A DNA stretch of 64,000 bases from Asterias rubens. Its lineage: Eukaryota. The notes beneath the pieces are model-generated. The model searched no databases and was not told the origin of the DNA. It worked only from the letters and a program-made list of their open reading frames with translations. Shown here piece after piece: positions 11,691 to 24,527 of this stretch. The DNA lies in NCBI RefSeq assembly GCF_902459465.1, contig NC_047077.1:12028001-12092000 (forward strand), written 5' to 3'. The translations under genes and the position numbers were made by a program. Position 1 is the first letter of the stretch, and each line of letters opens with the position of its first letter.

Positions 11691-12119
11691 GCTCACAAAA
11701 CAATACAATACTTCTAACAAAAGTTAAAATTAATAATATATTTAATTTCCAAAAGGGCAATCTCTTGAAAAACAAACAAAATACCAGTCACACAAATGTC
11801 CAGGTAGTCATTATCGACTACAGACATGATGCTGATACTCTTGTAAATTTGAACGATGGAGGCGGTTATTTAATCGCGCAAAAGACATATGTCATGTTCT
11901 CATGTGTTAAGCAATCGATATGTAAAAGTCGATACAATTCAAACTGTCTTTGCTTCCCAGTGAGTGTATTTTTTGAGGTAACTTTTTAATTTTGTACACA
12001 AATAAAATATTGAAACAATTCTGGCAGAAAATCGTTTGAGTGAAGATCGATTTGTCTGTTTGGGTTTATTCGTTTTAGCTGCAACTACGTTCTTGAACCA
12101 TCGAAGATTTGAAATGCTG

Positions 12120-12509
12120 TTAAAGGCAGTGGACACTATTGGTAATTGTCAAAGACTAGCCTTTACAGTTGGTGTATGTATCTCAACATATGCATAAAAT
12201 AACAAACCTGTGAAAATTTGAGCTCAATCGGTCATCAAAGTTGTGATATAATAATGAAAGAAAAATAACCCTTGTCACACGAAGTTGTGTGCGTTTAGAT
12301 GATTGATTTCGAGACCTCAATTTCTAAATCTGAGGTCTCGAAATCAAATTCGTGGAAACATACTTCTTTCTCGAAAACTACATTACTTTAGACGGAGTCG
12401 TTTCTCACAATGTTTTATACCATCAACCTCTCCCCATTACTTGTTACCGGGAAAGGTTTTATGCCAATAATTATTTTGAGTAATTACCAATAGTGTCCAC
12501 TGCCTTTAA
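12120..12509. mobile_element. MITE family A, full length
   Basis: ttaaaggcagtggacactattggtaatt ... aattaccaatagtgtccactgcctttaa: perfect TIRs with TTAA at both ends. Confidence 0.9.
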
Positions 12510-12588
12510 ACTTTGAAAGTCTCTACATGATTCTATATATTGATAAATTCCTCAAAAATGTGACTCCTTCAAATTATTGTGTCAATTG

Positions 12589-12937
12589 TTAAAGCCATTG
12601 GACACTTTCGGTAAACAGTGTTGTCCAAAGGCCCACACTTCGTGTATCACAACTTATATATATAATAACAAACCTGTAAAAAATAAGGTTCAATCGGTCA
12701 TCGGAGTCGGGAGAAAATAACGTTTCGCCGTGTCATGACATGTGTTTAAAATAAATCCGTAATTCTCGACAACGAGAATTGATAATTGTTTTAATGTTGA
12801 CTCAAAAAGTAAAGCATTTCATGGAATAATATTCCAAAAGAAGTCTTTCACCATGACCTTCTGTAAACCCTGTAAATTATTTGTAAATCTGTGAACTTTT
12901 ATTTTGTTTCTGTTCCGAAAGTGTATAATGGCTTTAA
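12589..12937. mobile_element. TTAA-flanked MITE family B (Kolobok-like)
   Basis: ttaaagccattggacactttcggta ... ttccgaaagtgtataatggctttaa. Sister copy, inverted, at 16475-16846. Confidence 0.85.
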
Positions 12938-14425
12938 CTCTGTATTAAGTTAAAAAAGTGTTATGTCGATCGACTTTATGTTTTGTTTTGATGTTACGGC
13001 TTTTCAGTATGTTGATAAAGTGAGGAGTTAATTTAGGTTCGAACGGTTTAAATGCACCGGACTTGTCATAACTTAATAGGACAAGTAACTCGTCCTAACT
13101 CGAGATAAGACTAGACATAACTCTTTTTGAAAAACACACCCTAGGACACACTTGGTAATTTTCAAAACCAGTATGTTTACTTAGTATGTCCCAACATGCA
13201 TAAAATAATAAATATGTGAAAATTTGAACTCACTTGGTAATCGAAGTAAGAAAATAATGAAAGAAAGTTTTTATGCTACGATTGGAGTAATACCAATATG
13301 TATTCAGTGCCTTTAAACGAATTATAAAAGTATCAAAGTGATAACGATCACTGATGCTGTTTCAATACATGCCTGATGATTTTGCTTAAGGGCAAACATT
13401 GATATGTCACATTTTAATTGTTTTTGTTTGTTTGTTAATAAGTGATCCCGATCGATGTGTTTACTCTGAAGGAATCTGACAATAATTGATTTGTAATTTG
13501 TTACCTTTTATTAGATTGCCTGACTGTCCAGACCAATTTTTTTGTCGGTGCTGATAGAAGATTATTATAGAGTTTGATTGGCGGATGCAGTATCCAAGAT
13601 AAATAAAGAAACCTATAAATTAAAGAAATTTGAAATGATTAACACACTAAGCCGAATCAGTGGGTGAAAGTTACACCTGTAAGTCCATCAGCGTATAGAG
13701 GTAAGTTATACATTATATTATGTCTTCTATCGTGAACCTTTGGAACTGTACTATGTTTAAAAAGCACTGGACGTTATTGGTAACTACTACTCAAAATAAT
13801 TAATGGCATAACACTTTAACTTGGTAGCGAGCAATGGAGAGCTTTTAACAGTATAACACATTGCGAGAAACGGCTCCCTCTGAAGTAACGTAGTGTTTGA
13901 GAAAGAACTTATTTCTAACTCAAATACTAGAATACTCCAGCTGAAGCCTTTTATTATGCATCCGATGAAAGCACACGAAATAATGCACAAGGGTGTTATT
14001 TTTGTTCATTATTCTCTTACAAATTCGATGACAATTATGAACACAAATTTGCTAAGGTTTGTTTACTTTATGTTATATGCTCATGGACTAGAGTGATTAG
14101 CCCAATATTTGTTCCGAGTACTGGGTAGACAAATCTATATAGAGAAATCACTCGGGTGTGATTCAAACCACGAACTTTGTCAGGCCCCATGGGATCATTC
14201 TGAAACGGAGATGTTTAGGAGTGTGTTCAATTGTTGTTTTTAAGGCAGTGGACCCTATTGGTAATAACTCAAAATAATTATTGGCATAAAACTTGTCTTG
14301 GTAACGAGTAACGGGGAGAGGTTGATGGTATATCACATTGTGAGAAACAGCTCCCTCTGAAGTGACGTAGTTTCCCTTAATTGTACAACTTCGAAGTGAA
14401 ACGTTTCTCAGAATGCATGTACACC

Positions 14426-14460
14426 TATTTAAACCTGCTGTACTTTACACCAAGTCAGTT
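14426..14460 (+). promoter_or_regulatory. Candidate TATA box and initiator of lectin 2
   Basis: tatttaaa at 14426-14433 and tcagtt ~29 nt downstream. Followed by a plausible UTR exon (to 14494) and intron 14495-14582 (gtaatt, actaat, tag). Confidence 0.5.
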
Positions 14461-14641
14461 TCAAAGTCATAACCAAACGCCCGTCCACTTTCCTGTAATT
14501 TTCACTAGGATGAATGTTTTATTTCCAAGAATCGAATTGAACTAATTAAAAAAATTATTGCCATTTTGTACCCGTCCGATAGGTTCTCCAATTCACTTTA
14601 AATCTTCTCCACGTACATCTTCAAGACATCTTCAAGACAAA

Positions 14642-14658
14642 ATGATGAAATTCATTTG
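14642..14658 (+). CDS. Lectin 2 start-codon micro-exon (MMKFI+TG)
   Basis: caaaATG ATG AAA TTC ATT TG|gtaagg; phase 2 joins the acceptor tacag|T at 15266. Confidence 0.85.
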
Positions 14659-15265
14659 GTAAGGTATTTTTTAAAGGCATAGAGACAATTCGTTTTTTAT
14701 TTTAAAAACCAATGTTAGCTTAAACACCTGGTTACTTTAAATATCTGTTAGTATAAACATTTACTTTGTGACGAGCAATGGAGACAATTTTTATGTGAAT
14801 AGTAAACATTGTGAGATACGGATCCCTCCGAAGTAACCTAGTTTTAGAAAAAGGGGTTATTTCTCACTCTGACAATAACAGACTTCATGCCTGCAGCCTT
14901 TTTAGGTTTCTGAAAGAAAGTGCACAAATTAATTCGTGCGGCATGGGTAGTTGTGTCTAATTCTCTTCCAACTTTGAAGTCCAATTATTTCATACTTTTC
15001 ACTTATGTTTGGATATACACCAAGTGAGAATACTGGTCTTTGACAATACAGCATTATTATATCAAGTTCCGTTTAATAAAAATAAGCACCACAAGTCACA
15101 CTTACCTTTTTTCGAGGCAGCATGTGGGTGAACAAACTCTATAATTTTGAACGTGCTAACACAGTTTACAGTGCTTCACAAATCGGTTGAACTTAACCAA
15201 ATTAACTATAAAAACGACACCTTTTATTATTGAGTCGTTTAATTATACCCTTTTTCCAATTACAG

Positions 15266-16055
15266 TTTGGTGTTGCTCCTATGCACTGCGCAGTCCACTT
15301 TGGGGGCGTGGCAGAAAATCGACGGGGGTCTGAAACACGTCTCAGTCGGCCGAGCTGGTGTATGGGGCGTCAACAACAATGACAACATCTACTACCGCAG
15401 AGATACATACGGAGACAATGAAAACCCGGGAACAACCTGGACTCAAATCGCAGGAGGACTGAAACAAGTCGATGTTGGTGACGACATGGTCTGGGGTGTC
15501 AACTCCAATGATGATATCTTCTATCGATCTGACATCAATGAAGGCGATCAAGACGGGGCTGAATGGGTCAAAATTGATGGAAAATTGAAGCATATTAGTG
15601 TCAGCCAAAAGGGGCATGTTTGGGGGGTGAACTCCGGTGATAAGATCTATCACCGTATCGGGGTTAGTGGTTGCAGCAAAGCAGGCTCAAGCTGGAAACT
15701 GATCGCGGGTGGGTTGAAGCAAATTTCAGTTGGTAGCTCGGGTGTTTGGGGAGTCAACTCCGGTGATCAAATCTTCTACCGTCAGGGGACCTTCGGGGAC
15801 CCGGTCGAAGACACCGATGGGTCCGGCTGGACCAATGTGGCTGGCGGTCTCAAGTACATCAGCTCCGCTGAAGTGGTGTATGGTGTCAATGCAGGGGATT
15901 CGATCTACTACCGTGCAGGTGTCTGTGAGGAAACCCCAGTGGGTACATCTTGGGTGCAGATTGCTGGAGGGCTGAAACAGATTGAGTCACTATCACCTGT
16001 TGTCTGGGGCGTCAACTCAAACGCTAATATCTACACAAAAGAAGATGATGCTTAA
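15266..16055 (+). CDS. Secreted tectonin beta-propeller lectin 2, main coding exon (spliced protein 268 aa)
   Basis: Six near-consensus blades (WxQIxGGLKQISVG..GVWGVNSxDxIYYR). Signal peptide MMKFICLVLLLCTAQSTLG. Joined CDS 807 nt. AATAAA at 16120-16125. Confidence 0.95.
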
Positions 16056-16474
16056 ACTCAACTTTTTAGAGCTTGGTGTGCAATCAGGAGGCAATTATTA
16101 TGGTCTCATTTCACAAATGAATAAAAAAAAAATAAAAAAATTACAGTAATAATTTTAGACTCACATAGCATAGCGCAAAATAGTTAATCCTAGAAAATAG
16201 AGTTGTTACTAATACCTTATACCAACCAAAAGGAGCGATGGTTTAAATGCAAACAATAGTTAACAGCCTTTGAGAAAGACTATGCTATGGGCGAAACGTC
16301 AGGCCGTAAACTTTGTCCTTAGTTAGGAAGAGTTTGGTGAAATCGACAGCAGGTGAACTGATCCAGAAATGGTTCACCGTGCCCCCAATTCTGACCAGGA
16401 TCTTTTTAGTGGGTCTGTCTTTAATTTTAAAACATTATTTTTGGTTATGGATAATAAAAATGTTTGTTGTCGTT

Positions 16475-16846
16475 TTAAAGCCATTATACACTTTCGGTAT
16501 TAACATTATTGTCCAAGTCCCACACTTCGTGTATCACAACTTATATATAAAATAACAATCCTGTGGAAATTTAGGCTCAATCGGACATCGGAGTCGGGAG
16601 AAAATAACGGGAAAACCCACTCCTGTTTTCGCGCGTTTCGCCGTATCATGACATGTGTTTCTATACAAATCCGTAATTCTCGTTAACGAGAATTTATATT
16701 GTTTTACCGTTTTCTCAAAAAGTAAAGCATTTCATGGACTAATATTTCAAGAGAAGTCTTTCACCATTACCTTCTGTAAACCCTGTAAATTATTTGTAAA
16801 TCTGTGAACTTTTTTTTTCTGTACCGAAAGGGTCCAATGGCTTTAA
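16475..16846. mobile_element. MITE family B
   Basis: ttaaagccattatacactttcggta ... taccgaaagggtccaatggctttaa. Confidence 0.85.
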
Positions 16847-17079
16847 GCAGTCTAAACGAATTTCTTCATTCTCATTAATGAATAAAACAAATTAGGGGTA
16901 CTCCTTTTGTTGATGTTATCATTGGGAAATAAATTCTGACGTAGAAGAAAACATTAGTTGGTAATGTGCATTTCTTTTCAGCCTGCCCCATAAGCTGCTG
17001 TGACCATGGCCCAATTTCACACCAACAAGCTAAGCAAGACAAAATTATGCTGACCAGAGTATAGTTTATTAACTTTTTG

Positions 17080-17535
17080 TTTTTACCCGGCATATACACC
17101 GATGTATGTAGCACTGTAATACTCAGTACTTTCCCGAGTCCTTTGAAAAAAAAATCACAAGCATTTTACTCGGGTGGGATTCGAACCCACGACCTTTGCA
17201 ATTCTAGAGCATTGTCATACCAACTAGAGTATAGTTACCAGCCAAAATGCAATTTCACATTTGTGACTGGCATCATGCTCATTTCTGCTTAGTAGAGGTT
17301 TGTTAAGCAATACTTACTTCTTTAGCAGCTCCATGAAATTGACCCTGAGTTGTACGCAGTTGCGGTCTTAGGGGTGGGCGCGGCGCTCTCTTAATTTGTA
17401 GTGCAGACAGAAAACAAAACAAATTGTTTGTGTCTTACCAACTAGACAGAGGTCGCGGGTTCGAATCCACCCAAGTGAAATGTTTGTGAATTTTTTAAAC
17501 ATAGACCAGAAAAGTACCGAGTGTACAGTGCTATG
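17080..17535. mobile_element. Head-to-head pair of tRNA-derived SINEs
   Basis: Minus-strand B-box (ggattcgaacc, ~17178) and plus-strand B-box (ggttcgaatcc, ~17458), each followed outward by the family tail. Confidence 0.6.
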
Positions 17536-17605
17536 AAGATAGGGTTTGTTAAATGGCACAAACAGCTGTGAAGACATCAATAAACATATCGACTGGCTTG
17601 TACGC

Positions 17606-19340
17606 CCTATCTGCTAAGCCCATCGTTCAACACTGAGCAGTTTTTTTATAAAGGCGCTTAGCGTCTATGCTGAACCAGGCAGTCTGAGTCTGGGGCGGGC
17701 TCAAAGAATTACATTGATGAGTGCTTCTTTTAAAAAAGTTTAGCCTGAACAATTCTGACACTTCGAGATCCGTGAATAACGCCACAAAGTGGCCTCTATA
17801 GCCTACGTCAATCCCCGTCCATCCCTACCTAGATTCATGAAGACGACCGCAAGTACAGCTACTGCCAGACGTCACATCGGACCAATCTCAACACAGATAT
17901 AGAAGGCTGACATCACTGCACGTTTATTTAATCAAATGATTGTATCCAATTACGTCAAGCAAGATCCTTGCAGATAAAGACACGGGACCAGACTGCAGAT
18001 TGATTGAAAGGGCTGGAGGAGGAGGATTCAAAAGAGGGCGCTATGTATCAGTAGTTTGTACGAAGTATGTCTTATATGAGGGGACAAAAACTCCGGGAAG
18101 GGAGGGGGCAACATTTCATGTCACACCACCCCCATACATAACCCTAGATGTTTTAGGTCACTACGACTGTACATTAGTTGCACGCACACATAGTGTGTTA
18201 ACCTCTAATAGTTTGTTAACCTGATATTATTACAATTTTCTTTATACATGTTCCAGAAACCTACTTGTTTGGGAGTGAATTAGTCGATATCGATATCAAT
18301 ATCCATTTTTACAAAAGCTGAACCTGTTGTTCTTTTTACAGAAGAACAACAATTTCATGGAGTTACGATTTTTTTTATTGACATAATTACAAACAGCTGC
18401 AAAAAACATCAATAAGCAAATCAATAAAACCCCAAATCTGCTAAGCCCATCTTAAAAAAAATACACTGAAGAGTGGTTTATTTGTTAAAAAAGCTTAACC
18501 TAATCATCTGACGTCACACTTCCAGGCTCTTGAATAAACTAGTCTATGTCAGTCCCCGTCAATTTGCACCTGCCACATATGGTTGATGCAAACAACCGCA
18601 AGTGCAGCTGCACCTCGGACCAATCAAACACATAGAAAGTTAACGTCACTGCACGTTTATCAAATTAAATGATTGTACCCAATAAAAAATCACTGGTTGC
18701 GAAAAACAAGTACCTGTAGGTTGTCCTTGTGGTTAAACACAGGGACCCAGACTAATAAAAGCTGTAGGGCCTACTCTGTGTTCTGAGTGTGTCAATAGAC
18801 CCTTCCCATGAAATATGTAAATTTCACTTAGCGCGTGCGCACTAGCGTTTTGGTTGGCAAATTGAGGCAACATCACGCTGTTTTGTACACGGGTAATGGC
18901 TGCGTCACGCAGACGCGATTGCGCGTCTGCTTAGTGCACAACTAAATGGCGTTTGCCAACCAACAGGGTCTGTACGCATGCGTGAATGTAATTAGCATAT
19001 TTCATGGAAAGGGTCCATTAACATGGAGGTGAAGGGGAATATTTCAAAAGAGGGCGCTATTATAGAGGTTTGTGCACAGTTCTGCGTGTACAACCTTAAA
19101 TAGGCCAACAATCATGCGCCAAGCTGATTTTCATAGTTTGTACTTTAGGCTCGTAACAATATTTTTGAATTGGGTGTGAATGCGTCAATATCATCAATCC
19201 ATAATTTTACAATAGCTGACCTCTTTTTTTCCCTTTAAGAAGGACAAATTACTTCACAAACAAATCGATACCTTGTCTGGTACCCCCATATCTGCTGAGC
19301 CCCATCTTTCCCGCACTAAGCAGTTTTTCTAAGGTGTGTA
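17606..19340 (+). repeat. Diverged tandem duplication, period ~830-850 bp
   Basis: Collinear blocks atctgct(a/g)agccc at ~17609, ~18436 and ~19290; cggaccaatc..cactgcacgtttat twice; caaaagagggcgcta twice. Confidence 0.7.
18796..19019. mobile_element. MITE inserted in the second duplication unit
   Basis: TIRs atagacccttcccatgaaatatg / catatttcatggaaagggtccat. Absent from the first unit. Confidence 0.7.
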
Positions 19341-20454
19341 GTGGCTATGATGAGCAAGGCCCCTGGAGCTGGGGCATGGTCCGAGTGGTTTGTTATAAAA
19401 GCTGCTCTTTGTTGCGAGTGTTTCACATTCACCAACCAGGTACATGTTGAGGAGTACATCCTGAAACGCAAGACCAAAGTTCATCAATTGGCTGACTTAC
19501 AAGCAAGGTGAGTTGAGACATATCACTGCAAAACTTGGGGGTGTAAAACTTTGTTTTCCAAGTTTATGTAACAACACTGACATTGGGTGCGTCTTGGCGA
19601 CCGTGACAAGTCTCCGAGTGGGTGACAAGGGGTGCGCCGAAACAAAATTCAGAGAGCTACTCGAAAATGGGTCGGTAACCAAAGCAATCTCATGGCATAG
19701 GTACTTCTCTTGAAAATCTCACAACCATAGTTTCATTATTATACACATAATGAATGTTTATGAGTGCAATGGTGCGAATAATATGTTCATGAGTTGAAAG
19801 ATGGAATGTTCTATTCAACGAGGCGGAGCCGAGTTGAATGGAACATTCCAGCTTTCAACGAATGAACATTTTCGCACCATTGCACGAATGAAAAACATTC
19901 ATTATTTGTTTTATATAACATCCAAGTAGATCTTTGTCATTTTGATTGAAAGACACAACTTTCAAAACAAACAAAGCGTAGGCCTACAATTTTTAATTGT
20001 AGAAGCCGAATGCTAGTAATGTTACTAATATGCCTTGCAGTAACACTGCTGCGTTACCAAAGACACACGCACGCAGTGATGTTTTTACTCAGCTTTTTCG
20101 TTCCATCCGAAAAGTACCATTGCACGCTAGCAGCGTGCAATGGTACTTTTCGGATGGAACGAAAAAGCACGGTGAGTGACTCAGCGTGTATTGGTACTTT
20201 TATTTGCTATCACGTGTTCGACAATCCTCCAATCAAATGGCAAGGATCTGCTTGGGTGTTATATAAAATGGCCTATCTCCATGTAAGAGTTCACCATGCT
20301 GTAGATAACTTACTAATCAGTTAATAAACAAATTGTTGTCTCATCAAATAACTTAATTTTCTGAAAGCATGTCCATACACCTATGCGAACAAACAATATA
20401 CAGCCACAAACAAGAAAAATCCATCAACAAATCTTTTCAAACACCCTCTGCAGT

Positions 20455-20640
20455 CGATGTCACGAAATGCTAGGATTAATCCTATCTCGAGTTAGGACGA
20501 GTAACTCGTCCAAACTTAGGATGGGTTCAATGCGTCTAAACGTATATGGATACGGAACTTAACTCGTCGTATTCTAAGATTAATCCTAAGTTAGGAAGAG
20601 TTTGGTGAAATCGACGGCAAGGAATTAGTAGGCCTAGTAT
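20455..20640. mobile_element. Palindrome-rich MITE family D (also ~44297-44478, ~49075-49232, ~52628-52782)
   Basis: gtcgat(t)tcacgaaa ... ttggtgaaatcgacggc ends with internal taggattaatccta palindromes. Confidence 0.7.
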
Positions 20641-22147
20641 TGCACGTGCCGTTTGGAACATCATGTAGGCCGTCTTATATTTTGGTTTTCAGTAGTTTTT
20701 TTTATAAAGACATAAACTTTCAAAATATTCCTGATCAGAATTGACCTGGATCAAGGACCGGGATTAGGGCTGACCCTGTGTCAGGTTTAAAGACACAGCT
20801 TCCTGTGTAACAGGAGAATCTCCCGCCTAGATTCTCACACGGAACTTACTACTGCGCACATTGCAGGCAGTCTACACTGCACATCGCTCCCCAAATTAAG
20901 CATTTTTAATCAAAAGAACAAAAACAACATGTCTTATTTTATTTTCTAAAAAGATTACAAAGAGTCGCACGGAGGAAACAAAATAATGATGATTTAAAAA
21001 TGTAGCTACATTCAATTCAGTCTAAAATGAGAGGGGGGGGGGGGGGGGGGACAAATTCCTCCGGCGGACAGAAAAACCATAACCCGGGGGATTCTGTGCC
21101 CCCCCCCCCCCCCGAACCGTCCTGCCTTGGGACGGACTTCCCTGTGAAACTGGGTAAATACTGATCATAATTCCTGTTTTAGAGTGTGAGAATTGTTCTG
21201 CGAGTTTTTTTTACAGCTTGTCTCAAACTAATGATGGCTTTCCAAAATTGTGTGGTGAAGTTTCGTTTGAAAACTTATATGGACTTGAACTGAAGAATGG
21301 AGTAAAAATGATTTTTTTTTCTTCTCACAAAATAACAAGAAAAGTTTAGGATAATTATGACGCAGGGTTGTTTAAAAAATTACGTTTTTGTTGCTGTTAA
21401 CAGAGTTTTCTGTAATTGTTGCTCGTATCATGACCTAAAAAGACCTTTTGTTTTAGATAAAAATTGTCACATATGGAACCAAAGTAAAAGATAATAGCAC
21501 AATCTATTTTCGTACGTTTTTATAATCTGATAATCTTCATTGATTTTGGATTATCGGCCTAAACAAAGAAATTGCTTAACTTTTATCAGAAAACATTTAG
21601 GTCAACACGACTTTACATTTGGTGCCTTGAAAAACAGTTTGTTAACCTCTGGTAGTTGGTTTAAAACTACCGATGATATTGGTCGTCACATTGAAAATCA
21701 ATGTCGATAATACTATTTTACAATAACTGACCTTTCTAAAAAAGTGCGCGATTACTTAATAAAAGAAAAGATTTGTTAATTGGCACAAAAGGCTGCAAGG
21801 CATCAACAAACATATCTATCTATTTATTGGCTGCTAACTCTACATTTGCTAGTAGCCCCATCGCATGCACTCAAATCCTGATATGAGTTTAGCTTGATCC
21901 GGTGTGGCGACCTCAAAGGTCCGGTGTACACAGAGCTCCGGGTGACGTAACCGGGGATTTCGGCACGCAGTAATATAATCACGGTCTCAGATCCCTTTTC
22001 TGGGTCAGTTTCTTTTATAAAAACCTGACCCAGAAAAGGGGACACAGATCACATTCTGGGTCATACCGACCCGCAAATGGGTTTAGGCCCACCGTACGGG
22101 ATCCAGATCCGGTCAATTCTGACATGGGATCAGTACGGATTTGCGTG

Positions 22148-22380
22148 GTTGAACAAAAAAGTTGACTAGAATGGGATTCGTACCAACGACCTGTCGGCGC
22201 TCTACCAACTGAGCTATCTAGCCCAAGCATGGTAGTGTCACTGTTTTGTCAATATCTTTGTTCGGGGGTGCCAGTCACAAGCCATACAACCGTTAACTGT
22301 TATGTTGCACGGCGGCACATTAGTCCGGATGTCGCTGGTTCGAATCCCAATCGAGTCAATTCTTTGTTCAACCCTCAAAA
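22148..22380. mobile_element. Head-to-head tRNA-derived SINE pair
   Basis: Minus copy 22148-22226 (reverse complement gggctagatagctcagttggtagagcgcc) and plus half ~22310-22375 (ggttcgaatccc), each ending in the same ttt-gttcaacc tail. Confidence 0.6.
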
Positions 22381-23496
22381 AATCATTTGAACATTCCAGT
22401 CAGTTTCCCTTGTCGTTTATAATTGATAACTATGGTAAATGTACTGTGAGTTTTTTTTGACATTTTCTGGGTCAACAACTTGCCCAAAATTATTGAGGAC
22501 TTTCCAATATTTCATGGTGACGATTCTTTGGAAAACTTAACGATTTTGAACTGCAAAATTTGTGGAGTAATAAATTCCCCAACTAACAAAAACAAGTTTT
22601 AAATCATTTCTTGACGCAGGGTAAACGATATTGTTGTTGTTACGTCGTTAAAAAAGTGTGTGCAATTATTGCTCGTGTGGCCTAAAAACACCTTATGTTT
22701 TACATACATTTGTAACAGATGGAACTTTAAGGTCAAACACAAAAGCAAAATCTAAGTTCTCTTGACCTAATAATATTTGCATCTGTTATTGAATATGTTG
22801 ATTGAATCTCAATTGATTATCGACCGCTCAGCTTAAGGTTGGCTTAACATAGTTAAATGTGACCCAGAAAAGAAAACTTTTATAAAAACATCTGCTTGTT
22901 ATAAAGAGGGTAACGGTTGTATAAGCATCCTTCAAGCTTGATTCGTATGAGGTTGCTGCGTTGATAAGAAATCAATACAAGTACGTCAAGAAATTTATGA
23001 AAAATAGAACAAACTGAACAAACTTCAAATACCGCATTTGACCTAGCCCACCTGACATCAAGAAACAGTTGCTGGCGTGTTTTTGTGGCGTCAAGGTCCG
23101 CATGTGTTACCCATAGATTATAAATATATATCTATTGTTCATTTAAAAACAGAAATATTAAAATATTTCAGGCATCTGAGAGCACATAAATTTGTGCATT
23201 AAGGGTCTGTGTGCCAACATTCTCTTGCATAATGTTGGGATTCACCAAGTGAGTACTGGTCTTTGACAATATTAGCAAAGGTGTCCAGTTCCTTTAAATC
23301 GAAGTGCACTGATGACTCCTGTAGTGGCAGCCTATTGGCGTAAAGTGGTTGCATGTACATAGGTTAAGGGATTAATGGTCAACAGATTTGAAACAGAGGA
23401 ATGATTAATGATGTGTCACTAACATTCTCTCCGCAGATACAAGCAGTGAGTCGTGTTTCTGACAGTTTCCCCAGGGTAACCTCAGCTGTCTCAAGA

Positions 23497-23513
23497 ATGA
23501 TGACATTGACGTG
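23497..23513 (+). CDS. Lectin 3 start-codon micro-exon (MMTLT+TG)
   Basis: ctaac..ctctccgcag| exon 23437-23513 ending ATG ATG ACA TTG ACG TG|gtatga; phase 2 joins ttaaag|G at 24528. Confidence 0.8.
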
Positions 23514-24527
23514 GTATGATGCATCTCTTGGCTTTCTCAACTTGTTGTCTCTTCTTTCGGGGGTATCATAGCCGAGTGTCACAGCTACTCGAGCGGAATG
23601 TTTTTAACGGGATTCCATTTTAACTTGTTTATAAGGCGTTTGTTTACAATTTAAATGTAATTTTGTTATGTGTACACTTCTGATTTTGTGTAAGTGTCGA
23701 CAAAAAAAAATAGGATTCAACCTCTAGGTTATACAAAACTAAAAACACTTTTGCCGGGGACGACACGCGTCAAAATGACAATGCTTCGACGTCATACTTG
23801 GGAGTTTGCTATGTATACCTCCATGCTGTAAACAAAGCAGCTATACAAACCGGAGCTTCTAACTTTAATGTAACATGAACAATTACGTAACAGAGCTGGA
23901 TAAGAGTATTCGAAATGATTGTCTATTTATAGGCATAGACTCGATTTCCTTATTGATTAAAAGCATTTTTGATGAAATTCGACAAAGTTGTTCAAACTTG
24001 AACTTTTTCGTTCAAGTAGGTCTCTTAAAGCATCGAGTTCAGTTTCTGGTGGCGAAGTCATCAGGATTCGGGGTCTGGGTTCGAATCCTGGTCATGATAC
24101 TTGTGTGTTTGAGCATTACACTATTTCTTTATATATCTTTTGGAGATACACACAAACAAACAGTGGATTATCTATAGACGATGTGACCTATGTTTACATT
24201 CAAACCGCCCTCTGGTGAAAAAACACTATATACGTCATGTTTCGCCGGGCAAAGAGTTGCGTAGTCATAGTAAGATTGCGTACACTTTCTAGCTGGCTGC
24301 CAAAACACAAAGGTTTTGCCCGGCGGTATGCGCGCGAATCATGTTATGGTTTTTTGTGTGACGTCAGAGGTCACATCGTCTATAATGAGGACAATGATCG
24401 ACAATTATGGCTTGTGACCTAAGAAAATTGGTCCCTCCATGTCGCAACTCTCTCCATACACAGCTCTGAATATTTTGAATGTTGCTAACGTTTTTGGTAT
24501 GTCTTTGTTTGATACGATTTTTTAAAG

